The position numbers were made by a program, and so were the translations under genes. Under the pieces are notes generated by a model that saw nothing but the letters and a program-made list of their open reading frames with translations, made no database searches and was not told the origin of the DNA. From Octopus sinensis (Eukaryota): 64,000 bases of DNA. This document shows, piece by piece, positions 39,297 to 52,346 of the stretch. The DNA is taken from the NCBI RefSeq assembly GCF_006345805.1, contig NC_043005.1:10540001-10604000 (forward strand). Direction: 5' to 3'. Numbering within the stretch: the stretch's first letter is position 1; each line of letters starts with the position of its first letter.

Positions 39297-39684
39297 CTAG
39301 TAGTATCGCCCGGCGTTGCTCGGGTTTGTAAGGGAAATAACTATATAAGCATTTTTAGAGATGTAAAGTATAATAGCCATCTCAATATGGCTAACCACAA
39401 AGGGATGGGGGTGTTACTGTAGCTTTTTACGTTCTGAGATTTAATAATAAATTTTTAGAGAGTTACTTCCCTTATATATGCCAAAAATGCATTAAAAATG
39501 GGAAAAAATGATGGTAAATTTGTTTTTAATTCGTAGACTCATGCTAATACCCAGAAGGGCTCGATATGAATCACGACTATAAGATACCCGGTTTTGGTTA
39601 AACTGCACCGCAAAATGTGGGAGTAGTTAGGAATCTAAATCGTAGGAGACAGACAACACACAACCTCACTTTTAAATATAAAGA
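39297..39684 (-). mobile_element. Non-autonomous Helitron
   Basis: On the minus strand 5'-TC...CCCGAGCAACGCCGGG hairpin...CTAG-3', inserted between A and T; shares its 3' end with 56187-56558. Confidence 0.8.
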
Positions 39685-42382
39685 TATTCAATGTTGCAGC
39701 AGTTAACAAAGCTGTGTTTAAATAAAAAAAAAAATTAAAAACAAACACAAAAGAACTTCAAATCAACTTATGATCCCAAAGATGAAGATGCTTAGAATTA
39801 CTGGATACAGAAATGTTGATCTGCTGAAATAGTTCTTTCCCTTAATACTATTCCTCCAAATTCCATCAAAGTAGAAAAAATCCTTTCTATGGTAGGCTCT
39901 TTGTTATACAGTTGTAATGAAGTTTGAGCGACAACATTATCAACAATATGTTTATTTATTTATTTTATCTAGTTTCAGCTCACGAGCTGTGGCCATGCTG
40001 GGGCACTGCCATGTGCTTCTTGAGATAAAATTATCAATCTTAGTGAAATATTTTTAGCAGTCAGGAAACTTTTATCTTTTTTTCATAAATCTTTGGGGCT
40101 TTCTACACAAGTATCCATGTTCTTTTAATGGAATAAATTTCCATATTTATGATTCTTGCTTTCTAATGTCTGAAACAATGGAGGTAAAATAGAAAAAAAA
40201 AAATCTTAAGTTTATTTTGTTTTATATTTCTGATTCCTCAGTAATGACAAGTTCCAGGAAATTGACATACCCAAACTCATCCTCTGATAGAGAGAAGAAT
40301 ATATATATATCTATATTCAAGTTATATGCCTAGCTGAGTAGTTATCTATCTTCTGGTTAATCTTGATAGAGCAAACCAATGATAAAAGGCAGTCACAGCC
40401 ACGACTATCTAATCTTTTTTTTTAGACAGTGTCTGTTCAGGATTATATGATTCGGTGTGTCCTTTTCCTTTTTTAAGTGATAATTTGAGGGTTATTTGAC
40501 TGTAATCTCTAGCAGGTTAATTTGTGTAGATATCATGTGAGCATAATCAATAGGGTGTAGATATCTACCAAGGGATCCCTATGGTCAGTGCAAAAATGAA
40601 ATAATAAATTCAGTAATGTATCTGCTGAGCAAATAGTCACTAGTAGGACCCTACCAAAATATAATAATATCTGTAATACAGATATTATAATCAGGATTAA
40701 TGTGTGTACTTACTTGAGCCTTATATGTAAAAAAAAGCCAGGATTTTTTTTTGAGTTCTTATTCTAATATATTTCAATATTTTAGTATAATTTTTGTCTT
40801 TCATCTTTTGGTTAAAATATTCAGTTACTGACAATTTTTAAATGAATAAAATAGACATAAAAAAATAAATATCTCCATATGTTTAATAACAGCCATTTGA
40901 AATATACTTTCACTTTATTAGATATGTTTCTTTCACTCCTATGCTGATATTTCCAGATCAATAATATCTTCAATGCATGAATAAATTTCATTATGAAAAT
41001 GCTTTAAAAACCAAAGCATTTTTTTTTGTTATTTTGTAACTTATTTTTTTAATAAATGATGTTGTATAAATTTAAAATGTTCAGCTCAATATGTACACTT
41101 GTCAAAACATTTTTATTTTATTAAAATGAAAATATTATTAATATAGTTTTAGCTGGAGGTCAGACCTGATCAAGCAGACCTGTGATCAAAGGTTATCCAG
41201 CCATGACCATCCAATACTATTATTATTTTTGCACACATCAAATGTGTCCATTCTAAAGAAGTTAAGACAGTGAGTTTCAAGAAAATGAGATAGCTGTTTC
41301 TTGCAAATTGAGTCTACTCCAGTTAATATTCTTTGGTATAGAGCAGTTGATAGAACTCTACGAAGCTTTTACAGGATCATTTAATGGTCTCTATATAACA
41401 GCCAAATTTCCATCAAAACATCCACCATTCTTTAAAGCAGTGATGTAGTTCAAGATTAACTGTTTAAACAAGACAGTTGGTCATTTCCTACATGTTTATG
41501 AACATTAGTTTACCCAGTTAGGGTTGAACTAGAGTTTGACAAGAAAAAGGCTTCAGGAGTCAAATTTTGAAATTCATTGTAAATATTTGTGATTTGAATA
41601 GTTGTTTAGCCCTAAGTCAGCTCTGATTCCAAAGATCTAAAACATTCCAATCATTATTATTCCAACCTTTTATTTTTTTTTTCAACCATTGGGCACCACG
41701 GGTTACATTTTTCATTTTCAAAGACGGTAATGTGTAATTTGTAGGATAGTAGATGGAATGACCACACAGCAGTACATCAAGACCACATCATCTTGAGAAA
41801 AGCTGAGAATTCCCAGTGCTGCCAGTAGTTTTGGTCATGAAAAGACATTAAAACCTCCCAATACTAATTGCAAATAAACAAATTTTGACATTGCCAAAAG
41901 TCACTTTCCCTCTTTTGCAAGTGTTGGTGATGACTGATTTAGTTACATAGATTTCAGCAGGGTTTGAACACTACTCTTGGACATAAACAGTTCAAAAATA
42001 TCGTGATTTGTTAACTCTAATTTTCAAATCCAAAGCAAACTTATTTGTCTCAAATAACTACATTAATTTCTAAGACATTCTATCAATGCCACATGTTTTA
42101 ACCCTTAAGTTTAACCATAAGTTTCTGCTGAAATACACACTGCATTCAGTCCAATTAATCTGGTATAGATTCAGCAATTTAGCATCTTTTCATGTATTTT
42201 GGTTCTATGTCATTCTGTTCATGAGGTCCACCATACTAAATCATATAATTATCCCCATCAGTAACTATTATAGAATGCATTCTTACATTCTAGCAATAAA
42301 TACCAACTATATATGCTAGTTTATAAAATCATCCTCTAAGATCCTACTGTCTTATATAAAAAAAAGCTACATTGAGCTATAT

Positions 42383-42768
42383 ACTCTTTACTCTTTTACT
42401 TGTTTCAGTTATTTGACTGCGGCCATGCTGGAGCACCGCCTTTAGTCAAGCAAATCGACCCCGGGACTTATTCTTTGTAAGCCCAGTACTTATTCTATCG
42501 GTCTCTTTTGCTGAACCGCTAAGTGACGGGGACGTAAACACACCAGCATCGGTTGTCAAGCAATGCTAGGGGAACAAACACAGACACACAAACATATATA
42601 TATATATATACGACAGGCTTCTTTCAGTTTCCGTCTACCAAATCTACTCACAAGGCATTGGTCGGCCCGGGGCTATAGCAGAAGACACTTGCCCAAGATG
42701 CCACGCAGTGGGACTGAACCCCGAACCATGTGGTTGGTTAGCAAGCTACTTACCACACAGCCACTCCT
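42383..42768 (-). mobile_element. SINE family A
   Basis: Reverse complement of 355-747. Confidence 0.9.
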
Positions 42769-43083
42769 AGTCATAGATAAACAAAAGGATAGAAAATCAA
42801 GGCTAGAATGCCTTTGATCAGGGAAGACAAGGGGGTTATACAACAACAGCAATTGTTTGTATAACGTTTGAAACACTTAAGCAAATAGTTTCCATTTCAA
42901 TGAAGTTCAAAATATTGATATCAACAGTGTCCCATGTGGAGAAGAGTATGCTTTGGATGGAACCCTTCTGTAGAGAATAAACAGACTTTACTTTGATAGA
43001 ATATGGTCTGTTAAATAGTTTAAAGACAATTATTTTCTTCTAGCATACTTTCAGTCTGAATCTTCAGCCACAATTTGTTTGGA

Positions 43084-43256
43084 TGCCGCTACGTTCTGAG
43101 TTCAAATTCCGCCGAGGTCGACTTTGCCTTTCATCCTTTCAGGGTCGATAAATTAAGTACCAGTTACGCACTGGGGTCGATGTAACCGACTTAATACCTA
43201 TGTCAGTCCTTGTTTGTCCCCTCTGTGTTTATCCCCTTGTGGGCAATAAAGAAATA
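43084..43256 (+). mobile_element. SINE family B, 5' truncated
   Basis: Matches the 3' three-quarters of 6901-7131. Confidence 0.9.
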
Positions 43257-44018
43257 TATTGAGTTGAACCAATCGATAGACCAAACCTCCTTTCAATACT
43301 GAAAATTTCAAGTTAATGATTGCTACAAAACAGCAGCTAAATCTCCCTTAAGTCATGCCATACTGTTTTGAATAAAAAAAAAAAAAAGGACATACTACAT
43401 ATTGTCTTCGATATACTGGGACTACTTTGATCCGAGGTTTATCAGCTGGATCAAGAGTGACCTGGGCCTAAACAACAACAACATACTGAAAATTTCATCT
43501 TGAATAATTGAATTTCAAACATTTATTTGGAAATTATGGGCTGAAATTCTACCAAAGTACACATATCTTTTACTGTTAAAATAAGTACTTGATGCACTTT
43601 AGAGACAAGTACAGTGCTAGTTTGGCTAGCTTGCTGATAGTCCACAAGTGTTTTTTATTCTAATGCATTTTATATAAGTTAACTTGAACAACACATAATC
43701 TACCATACTAATGGGAAAACTAAACTAATTTACAATAAGAACTGATTAGCTCATCAAACTAATTATCCCCTGTTATGATAATCACTAGTTATTTATTCAT
43801 TTATGCAAAAGCAAGAGTTAAGACAACTACAAAATTTACAAGAATTTTCAAGAACTTGGTTAAGGTCAGAAATAAGTGTACAAAGTCACTGCAGGATTTA
43901 GACACATTTGTAGATATCGTTATTGTTGTAGCCTTTTTTGCTAAGTGAAAAATATCCTCTGGGAGAGTACACTATATCTGGCTATTTACATGTGTATGTG
44001 TGTGAATATTTATGAATA

Positions 44019-44690
44019 TCATCATCATCATCGTTTAACTTCCGTTTTCCATGCTAGCATGGGTTGGTCGGTTCAACTGGGGTCTGGGGAGCCAGAAGGC
44101 TGTGCCAGGCCCAGTCTTATCTGGCAGTGTTCCTACAGCTGGATGCCCTTCCTAACGCCAACCACTCTGTGAATGTAGTGGGTGCTTTTTACGTGCCACC
44201 TGCACAGGTGCCAGATGAGGCTGGCAAACGGCCTCGATCGGATGGTGCTTTTTACATGCAGTGAATGTATATATATATATATACACACTGTAAAGTTGTT
44301 GGTAGTAGAAAGGGCATCCAACCATAGGAACCAGGCCATGAATGAAATGTGATCTTCCAACCCTTCTGAGCAATATTCCCTGAACATATGCTAACTCTGA
44401 CTGTGGCTACCTATCTAAACCATGCCAGCATAGAAAACAGGTGTGAAACGATTATGATATGTATGGTGTGGATCTTCATTGACAATGAGGATTTAGTTGT
44501 TCAATTAAATGAATTTCCTAAACCACAGGCATAAGTACCATTAACAAAATTCCCAAGTAGAATCAGCATGACCCAGTCTTATCTGGCAGTGTTTCTACAG
44601 CTTGATGCCTTTCCTAACGCCAACCACTCCGTGAGTGTAGTGGGTGCTTTTTACGTGCCACCTGCACAGGTGCCAGATGAGGCTGGCAAA
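44019..44690 (-). mobile_element. Two RTE 3' UTR fragments (44019-44260 and 44570-44690)
   Basis: Family D sequence; the second is a near copy of part of the first. Confidence 0.8.
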
Positions 44691-45280
44691 CTGAATGTGA
44701 CGAGGTAGTTTTTGACTGACATGTACAGTTCACTCACTTGAGCTGCTATACGGTTTCTGTCTGCTCAGATTCACTAGCACAGTTTGGGTCAACTTGAGCA
44801 TATCGAAAAAGACTTTGCCAAAGATGACATGCAATGGGATCATGTCCAGAACTTTATGATTGTGAAACAAACTTCACCATTTAGTTATATTGCTCTTTTA
44901 CTGAAATATGCATACCGTCCAAGTGCAGTGAGTGCAGAGGGGGGGAGGGTGAAGAGAGTGGTTTGTTAACTTTTACAATTGCTTTTCTTGGTTCGCACAA
45001 ACATTTGTCGCTGTTTAGCCCTAGGTCAGAAGCAATCCAACTGAGACCACTTTTTTTTTTTTTCGATATCTAATGCTGGACATTTTATGATCCAGTTTTC
45101 TTACATTTTAAAGACGAGATGCTATTTGATGGCAGTTTAGCTGTTATTTCTAGCAGGTCAAACAACTCTCATGTAGTAACATCCAAACAGTTGAGCTTGG
45201 TGCTGCATGCTCATGAAATACTCATCAATTTAGAGTGCTGCCACTGTCAGCAGCAGCGAGTTGCATCTGCACTGCAGTAC

Positions 45281-45426
45281 CTTGTCACGGCCATATAGTC
45301 TGGAACCATTTGACAGTTTAGTGTACTGGTTACAGACACAATAAGCAATGCCATTAATAGGATGCCAACTGTTGGCCTCTTCCCTTTGTTGATTTTCTTA
45401 TCCAGTATGTGTGTCTATGAATGATG
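45281..45426 (-). ncRNA. Candidate exon of the minus-strand transcript, containing an ATG at 45354
   Basis: Branch-like TATTAAC, acceptor TTTTACTCTGTATATTTCAG|, donor AAG|GTACTG; unique sequence of higher GC. Confidence 0.4.
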
Positions 45427-45590
45427 CTGAAATATACAGAGTAAAACAGTTAATATATCATCTATAAAGACTCTATATGTATATATTTAAAATTTTTTTT
45501 TTTTATTGGCAGAAAGTTACAAAAGTGACTCAGAAATCTTGAGTGATTTTGTAACTTTCTACCAATAAAAAAATAATTTGTTTATACTTA

Positions 45591-45622
<32 letters not shown>

Positions 45623-45961
45623 ATATTATATACACACACACACAAATATATACATCTGAATACACGCATGCATATATATATATATATCTTATTACATGCA
45701 TGCATATATATATCTGAATACATGCATGCATAAATATATATATATATATATATATATGAATACATGCATGCATATATATGTATGTCCAACCCATGCTAGC
45801 ATGGAAAACGGACGTTAAACGATGATGATTTATATATGTGTGTGTGTGTGTGTTTGAATTTGAATGCATGTGTGCATGTGCAAATTAGACTTCATCATCA
45901 TCACTTAACGTCTGCCTACCATGCTGGCATGGGTGCGAGAGTATATGTGTATATATATATA

Positions 45962-46006
<45 letters not shown>

Positions 46007-46753
46007 GTGTGTGTAAAAAATTTCTAAAATTTAGAAATATATATTTTAGAAATTTTTTTACACACATACATATATCATCATCATCATTTAACGTCCGTTT
46101 TCCATGCTAGCATGGGTTGGATATATATATATATATATATGCATGCATGTATTCAGACGTACATATTTATATATATGTGTGTGTTATTCATCATTTTCCG
46201 TGCGCATTTCCGTGTTGGCATGTGTTGGACAGGTTTCCCGAAGCAGTATGTGACAGGATGACGTCCTTGTCCTATGTTGGCATTCTTTCGGTTAAAGTCG
46301 CATAAATGTCAAAATCAACAGCTGATTGTTCGGCAATTTCAGAAAAAAGAATTTTTACTTCTTTACTGTTTATTTTTTCATGTCCGTTGTGGAGCCGACA
46401 TTTGCCTTGCAAGTCCGTGAGGGAGCTGAAAAGGGAAACACACGCTCATACACACCCATTAAGTTCCGTGTCCCTGAGTTGAACAGTGGACCGTCCGCGC
46501 GCGCACACGCATTTTACATACATAAATCTGATCACTCGCATGTACACCCGTTATCGTTCCTATACACGTACATAGATAATAAATATATATACATTTTGAG
46601 TGTGTGCATGTATACAGATTTGCGTGTGTATAGAGTTGTGTGCTCGCAGTCACGTACATACCTCGATGTGTTAATCGACACAGTAAAAATTTCTCATAGG
46701 TCCTACCTGACACGATAACATTTGATTAGATAAATACACCCACCCTCACACAC

Positions 46754-46784
<31 letters not shown>

Positions 46785-46837
46785 TAGTGTGTGATGAGGG
46801 TGGGTGTGTGATTATATATATATATATATATATGAGT

Positions 46838-47134
46838 GGAGGCGCAATGGCCTAGTGGTTAGGGCAGCGGACTCGCGGTCGTAGGATCGCGGTTTCGATT
46901 CCCAGACCGGGCGTTGTGAGTGTTTATTGAGCGAAAGCACCTAAAGCTCCACAAGGCTCCGGCAGGGGGTGGTGGCGATCCCTGCTGTACTCTTTCGCCA
47001 CAACTTTCTCCCACCCTTTCTACTGTTGGCCTGCTCACTTAGCCAGCGGGGTGGCGTCATTTGAAGGCTAAAACAATGTGAAGCGCATTGTGACCAGCGA
47101 TATGTAACAACATCTGATGGCCTGGTCGGTCACG

Positions 47135-47138
<4 letters not shown>
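46838..47138 (+). mobile_element. tRNA-derived SINE family C (tail type 1)
   Basis: Intact tRNA-like head with A and B boxes; flanked by (TA)n. Confidence 0.9.
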
Positions 47139-47172
<34 letters not shown>

Positions 47173-48239
47173 AGTGTGTGATTTCATTATTAAAAATACG
47201 AAACAAAAACAAATTTTGAAAAATATAAATCGATAAAATATATTAGGTTCTGAAAGTTTTGCTGCAACTACAAAAGCAAATTCTCCCATGTACCCCGAAT
47301 ATATCTCATACAGTAACGCCTTTTAAACTTCCACCTGTTCATATGCAATCAAATTGTAAAACACGTTTATACAAAAAAAAGTCAACAAAGGCAGATATGA
47401 AAAGTATTTTCTAGTTTTTTAATGAAAATACAGAAATATATTTAATAAACAAGTAAATAAAAATACAAAGAAAAACACTTCGATAATAAATTATTGTATT
47501 AAATATAAACTATTTGCTACTAATGTTGCTTGCTATCGCGAATATATACACATATAGGCGGTTTTCTTTTAGTGTGTTTTTTTCCTAATTATTTATATAT
47601 CCATGTGTAACAATTTATTTGTTATCTTGTACAATGAACCCAGAAAATATTGCTTTACTTTGTCTTTCTGTTTATAAATATAAGTTTGTTGTCAAATATT
47701 CAGATATTATATATAAGGCATATATATATAAGAAATCTTTATGATAATTTTTTTTCTTTTTGCTTTAAAATATAATGTATATATAATCTTTTCATTTTCA
47801 CTTTTTTCAAAGAAAATGAAGATATAAGAAAACATTGTTTTTTTTTTTAAAAGAACATTGAAATATAATCTTGTTTCGTGGGGCTCTTTTTCAAGCACTG
47901 TGCATTAACGCTCTGAAGTAAAAACAATTATCTAAGTCTCTAACACACACCAAAAAAAAAAAAAAAAAATATATATCAACAGCTCCTACCTGTAAAATGC
48001 AACGATCCTCAAAAATTAGTGACCTAACACCTAACTAAACAACCAAAGTGACTGCCAACCCTCGTTACAAAGATACATTTTTAGTTTCTCACCATCTCTT
48101 TCTCTTTATACCTACTACGTCCTTTTCTTCTTATTTTCTACTATCTCTTTTTTTCTCCCGCTTTTCCACTCCTTCCTCTCTATTTCCTCTCCTTCTATCC
48201 CCACTCTCTCTCCCTCTTACGTAGTTAAAACAGATTTGC

Positions 48240-48440
48240 CTAGTGTTTCAACTGTAGCTTGTCTCAGACAATGCCTCGTCGATAGCAACCGATTGCCAGT
48301 AGTCGGTAGAAACACAATCTTTGATTGGATGACTGTGAGACTCTAATCACAATTAGTCAGTCACATGGGATTCATCTATAATGAACTAGTGAGAGAGAGA
48401 GAGCATGACATTTACTATATGTAGCGTAAAGAAATGGAGG
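48240..48440. promoter_or_regulatory. Putative (possibly bidirectional) promoter
   Basis: Unique CpG-retaining DNA 300-500 bp upstream of the signal-peptide exon; RFX X-box-like CGTCGATAGCAAC (48277-48289), inverted CCAAT (48324-48328), palindrome TTGTCTCAGACAA (48259-48271), E-box CACATG. Confidence 0.45.
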
Positions 48441-48731
48441 AGCTGAATATCTGAAGCTTTCGATCAACTAAAACCGTTCCCTTGCTCTCTTATTTAATGA
48501 GATTTCCAGTTTAGCAATTGATCCAACCGTCGGGGGGATTAATTTACCATTTTTGAGAAGATCAGGTGGATGATGCACAGTGTGGAGTACCTACGATACC
48601 CGTTCATCTTTCCGGGTGAAAACAAACTAGCCACTTCGAATTGATCGCCTGGTGCCCTGTGGTAAACCATATCCTTTTATATTTCATGTTTTTATTATAG
48701 GTAAGGTGTCCAGGTCACTGATGTTGTAGTT

Positions 48732-48795
48732 ATGAGGCTGCATTGGCGATTTTTCATTATTTTGGCGGTTCTGGTTTCTCTGACATGGGCTGAAG
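48732..48795 (+). CDS. First coding exon of a secreted or membrane protein (signal peptide MRLHWRFFIILAVLVSLTWA|E)
   Basis: ATG, basic n-region, hydrophobic h-region, T-W-A cleavage motif, then consensus donor AAG|GTAAGT in phase 1, typical of signal-peptide exons; upstream acceptor TTTTTATTATAG at 48700. Product not identifiable. Confidence 0.75.
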
Positions 48796-49639
48796 GTAAG
48801 TTATTCCATTCAATTATTATCATTATTATTATTGATATCGATTGTGAACAGAACAGGCTATACCCACCTACCTCGATCTCTACTCCCCTCCAAACCCCCC
48901 GTGCACACTCTCAAAATATACATAGAGCCCCTCTTGATAAGGATTCTTATATCATCTATAGTTCTGCTGCAACCCCCTATATTTACTTATGTAAATTACA
49001 ATTTCAATAATTGATTTATAGTAATAATAAATTAACAGTGAAGATGAGTTGGCAGAGTTTATTATATGTGTATTGAAAGTAATAAAGTAAGTTATTTTTT
49101 AAAATACAGATTAAGAGAGACGATCTCTGGTTTAGAACACTATCAACGTCTCTATGTTAATTTTTTTCCCCACCTGTACAAGGTTTTCTATTTGTCACAT
49201 ATCCACTACAAGACTGTTACAATATGGCCTTTCTCTAACAGGTGACCACTGATATTCCTGCTTGAGTCTCCTGTGAATACTAATATTTCTCTACCGTGTG
49301 TGTTGCATGTGTACTACATAATAAATACACAGTACTTTTTGCTCTGTTAAAACCAATCAACAAATTAATCAAATAATAGCTGGGTTTTTTTTTTCTCAAA
49401 TAAAAAAAAGACAGAAAAAGTGAAACAATTCATTTGAATAATGATATTACAGTAATTGACAGTTATTCTCCAAAACGGCAATTGTTGATTACTATATTCA
49501 AAATTATTTGTATTTCATATTAGTTTTCTTGAAATAATTTGTTTATTTAATATAGAGATGTTTTTTGTTTTGTTTTGTTATTATCTGCAGTAATTAAGAT
49601 AATTGTATTCTATTTTTTATCAACTTGTAGTTTTTAAGA

Positions 49640-51063
49640 TACATACCTGTGCGTGCTTATGTATGTATATATGTATGCGTGAATATATATATATATGTAT
49701 ATATATATATATGTCTATATATATATGTATATATGTCTATATATATATATATGTATGTATATATGTCTATATATATATATATGTATATATATATGTCTAT
49801 ATATATATGTATATATGTCTATATATATATGTATATATATATGTATATATGTATATATATATATGTATGTATTTCTATATATGCACACACACGTATGTAT
49901 AGTTTATGTTGGTATGTAGCCTTTGTCAACCTTGATTGACCAGATTTGTAAATTATCTAGCAGTTTAGGGTTCAGCTTGAATTTTCTTAGGTTTTATTCC
50001 TTTTTCTTCTTAAACTCTCTATTAAATTTTGTTTCAGAGATTAAAAAAAAAAAAGAAGTTTTTTTTAGATTTTAATTTAAAGCCTTTATTATTATTATTA
50101 TTAATTCGTGAATACATATTTTTCCAATCGGTTCCGCCCACATAATTACGTTTTAACTAGCTTTTTAGCTTTTACTTTTTAAATTTAAAGCTCTGTTGGT
50201 ATTGTTGGAAAGACGAAGTTGTCAATAAGAATCAATCGAAAAGTCCGTTTATTTAGTGAAATTAGGTAAATAAATAAAGAAATGGGTGATTTCAGGGTGA
50301 GCTCAAGTAAAATTATTACCTCCTATGCCACTGCCACCTCGCTTAGTAATCTATCTAGTCTTTCCGAATAGGCTTGTTTCCTATGAAACAAGCATATATA
50401 ATGAGAAGTTGTGCTAATTTAAGCGATCACACTAAAATATTCATCGAAAATATTTTTATTTTTAGTTTTCTCATATTTTGTAAAAATTTCTTAGGAAATA
50501 TCTTTGTAATGTTATCACACCTTTTAACCCAACAGAAATTAATATATGTGATATTGTTGTCCAAGCCCCCATATTCAGTGATGATGATGATGATGATAAT
50601 AATAATTTCTAATAATAATAGATACCAATTTCAGAGACTGAGTCAAGGTGTATATAGCCTGTTCACCTATTTATTATAATATGTAAGTTGAATGAAAGGA
50701 TTCACTTTCTGCTATGAAAGACGAGGGGATCGAACGGAAAAAAAATCCTTTATATATTCCTCACACATATTTCCATTTTCCTTACTTCCTTTTACTGTTT
50801 ATTTGCTCAGTGGTATGAAAACCCCAGTTTCCTCAATCACATTTTGAATACATTATCTCTATATGCACGTAGATAAAATACTTCCTTATCGAAATCTTCA
50901 TTTATATAGCATAACTGCTGCTTTCCTGAGATTGTGTATGTATACATACGTGTGTACACACACACCAATGTGTATGAGTGTACGCATACATACATGTGAG
51001 TGTGTCTGTATGTATATAAACGAACGTGTGTGTGTGTGTGTGTATATATATATATCTATATAT

Positions 51064-51094
<31 letters not shown>

Positions 51095-51619
51095 ATATAT
51101 ATATATATATATGTATATATATAGTGTGTGTGTGTGTGTGTATACACAAGCATTCTAACACAGGCTGTAACACATACATGTATATATAATGACATGTACA
51201 TATATAATTATATACGATAATACATTAGTACAAATACTATTATGCATACATATATAATTATATGAGGATATTTTCATCTATATCTCTCTATATGTGCATA
51301 TATATATATATTAATGTGTGTATAATCGTATATGTATGCATAATTGTAATTATATATACTTTACATATATAACATTACAGAAAGCTGTATGTGTTAGTGA
51401 GTATATATATATATATATATATCATCATATCTATCTGTCTGTCTGCCTATCTATCTATCTGCCTATCTATCTATCTGCCTATCTATCTATATATCTATCT
51501 ATCTATATATATATATGCATCTTCATATATGTAAATATATCTGTCTATACATATGTAAAAATTTTTATACAGAGAAAAATATATATTTATGTGTTTTAGT
51601 GTATATATCTGTCTATCTG

Positions 51620-51655
<36 letters not shown>

Positions 51656-51678
51656 ATCTATCTATCTATCTATCTATC

Positions 51679-51741
<63 letters not shown>

Positions 51742-51771
51742 TCTATCTATCTCCTCTCTCTCTCTCTCTCA

Positions 51772-51804
<33 letters not shown>

Positions 51805-51953
51805 TTTTCTCTGTAAAAAAATTCTTACATGTATAGACAGATATACTTACATATATGAAGATATATATATATATATATACATGTATGTATGTATGTGTGT
51901 TTATATATTCATAGTGAAAATAGATGTAAGTATAGTCATATATGATGTATACG

Positions 51954-51984
<31 letters not shown>

Positions 51985-52283
51985 GTGTGTATACATATAT
52001 GTATATATATATACATGTATATATATATATATATATTATATATGTATGTGTGTGTGTTTATATATACATAGTGAAAATAGATGTAAGTATAGCCATATAT
52101 GATGTATACGTATATATATGTGTGTGTGTGGTATATATATATATATACATATGATATATGGATATGTTTATATATATATATTTTTGGAAATATAAATTTA
52201 TATATATCTAATACAGCATATAATATAAATAATATATAATATATACAGAATGTGAATAAAATATATGTATATACTATATATTA

Positions 52284-52346
<63 letters not shown>

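Larger units (their letters stand above)
37088..40275 (+). mobile_element. Near full-length hAT transposon fossil carrying five nested insertions
   Basis: BED-finger-like CLKCSDSSSIGLLCYLKIFH (about 37384), VITDRENAMVKFG*...KHQLYY/GLHLVVCDIL (38134-38240), LREYLKKRTEQQRNKNLIRVMKYL (39063), dimerisation motif LNTIPPNSIKVEKILSMVG (39841). Ends are approximate. Confidence 0.75.

Noticed and set aside
46838-46910. tRNA-like sequence (also the heads of SINE A and B)
   Set aside because: No complete acceptor stem; always fused to SINE bodies and tails.
48796-49010. Continuation of the 92-aa ORF past the signal peptide
   Set aside because: Follows a consensus GTAAGT donor and contains (ATT)n; interpreted as intron.
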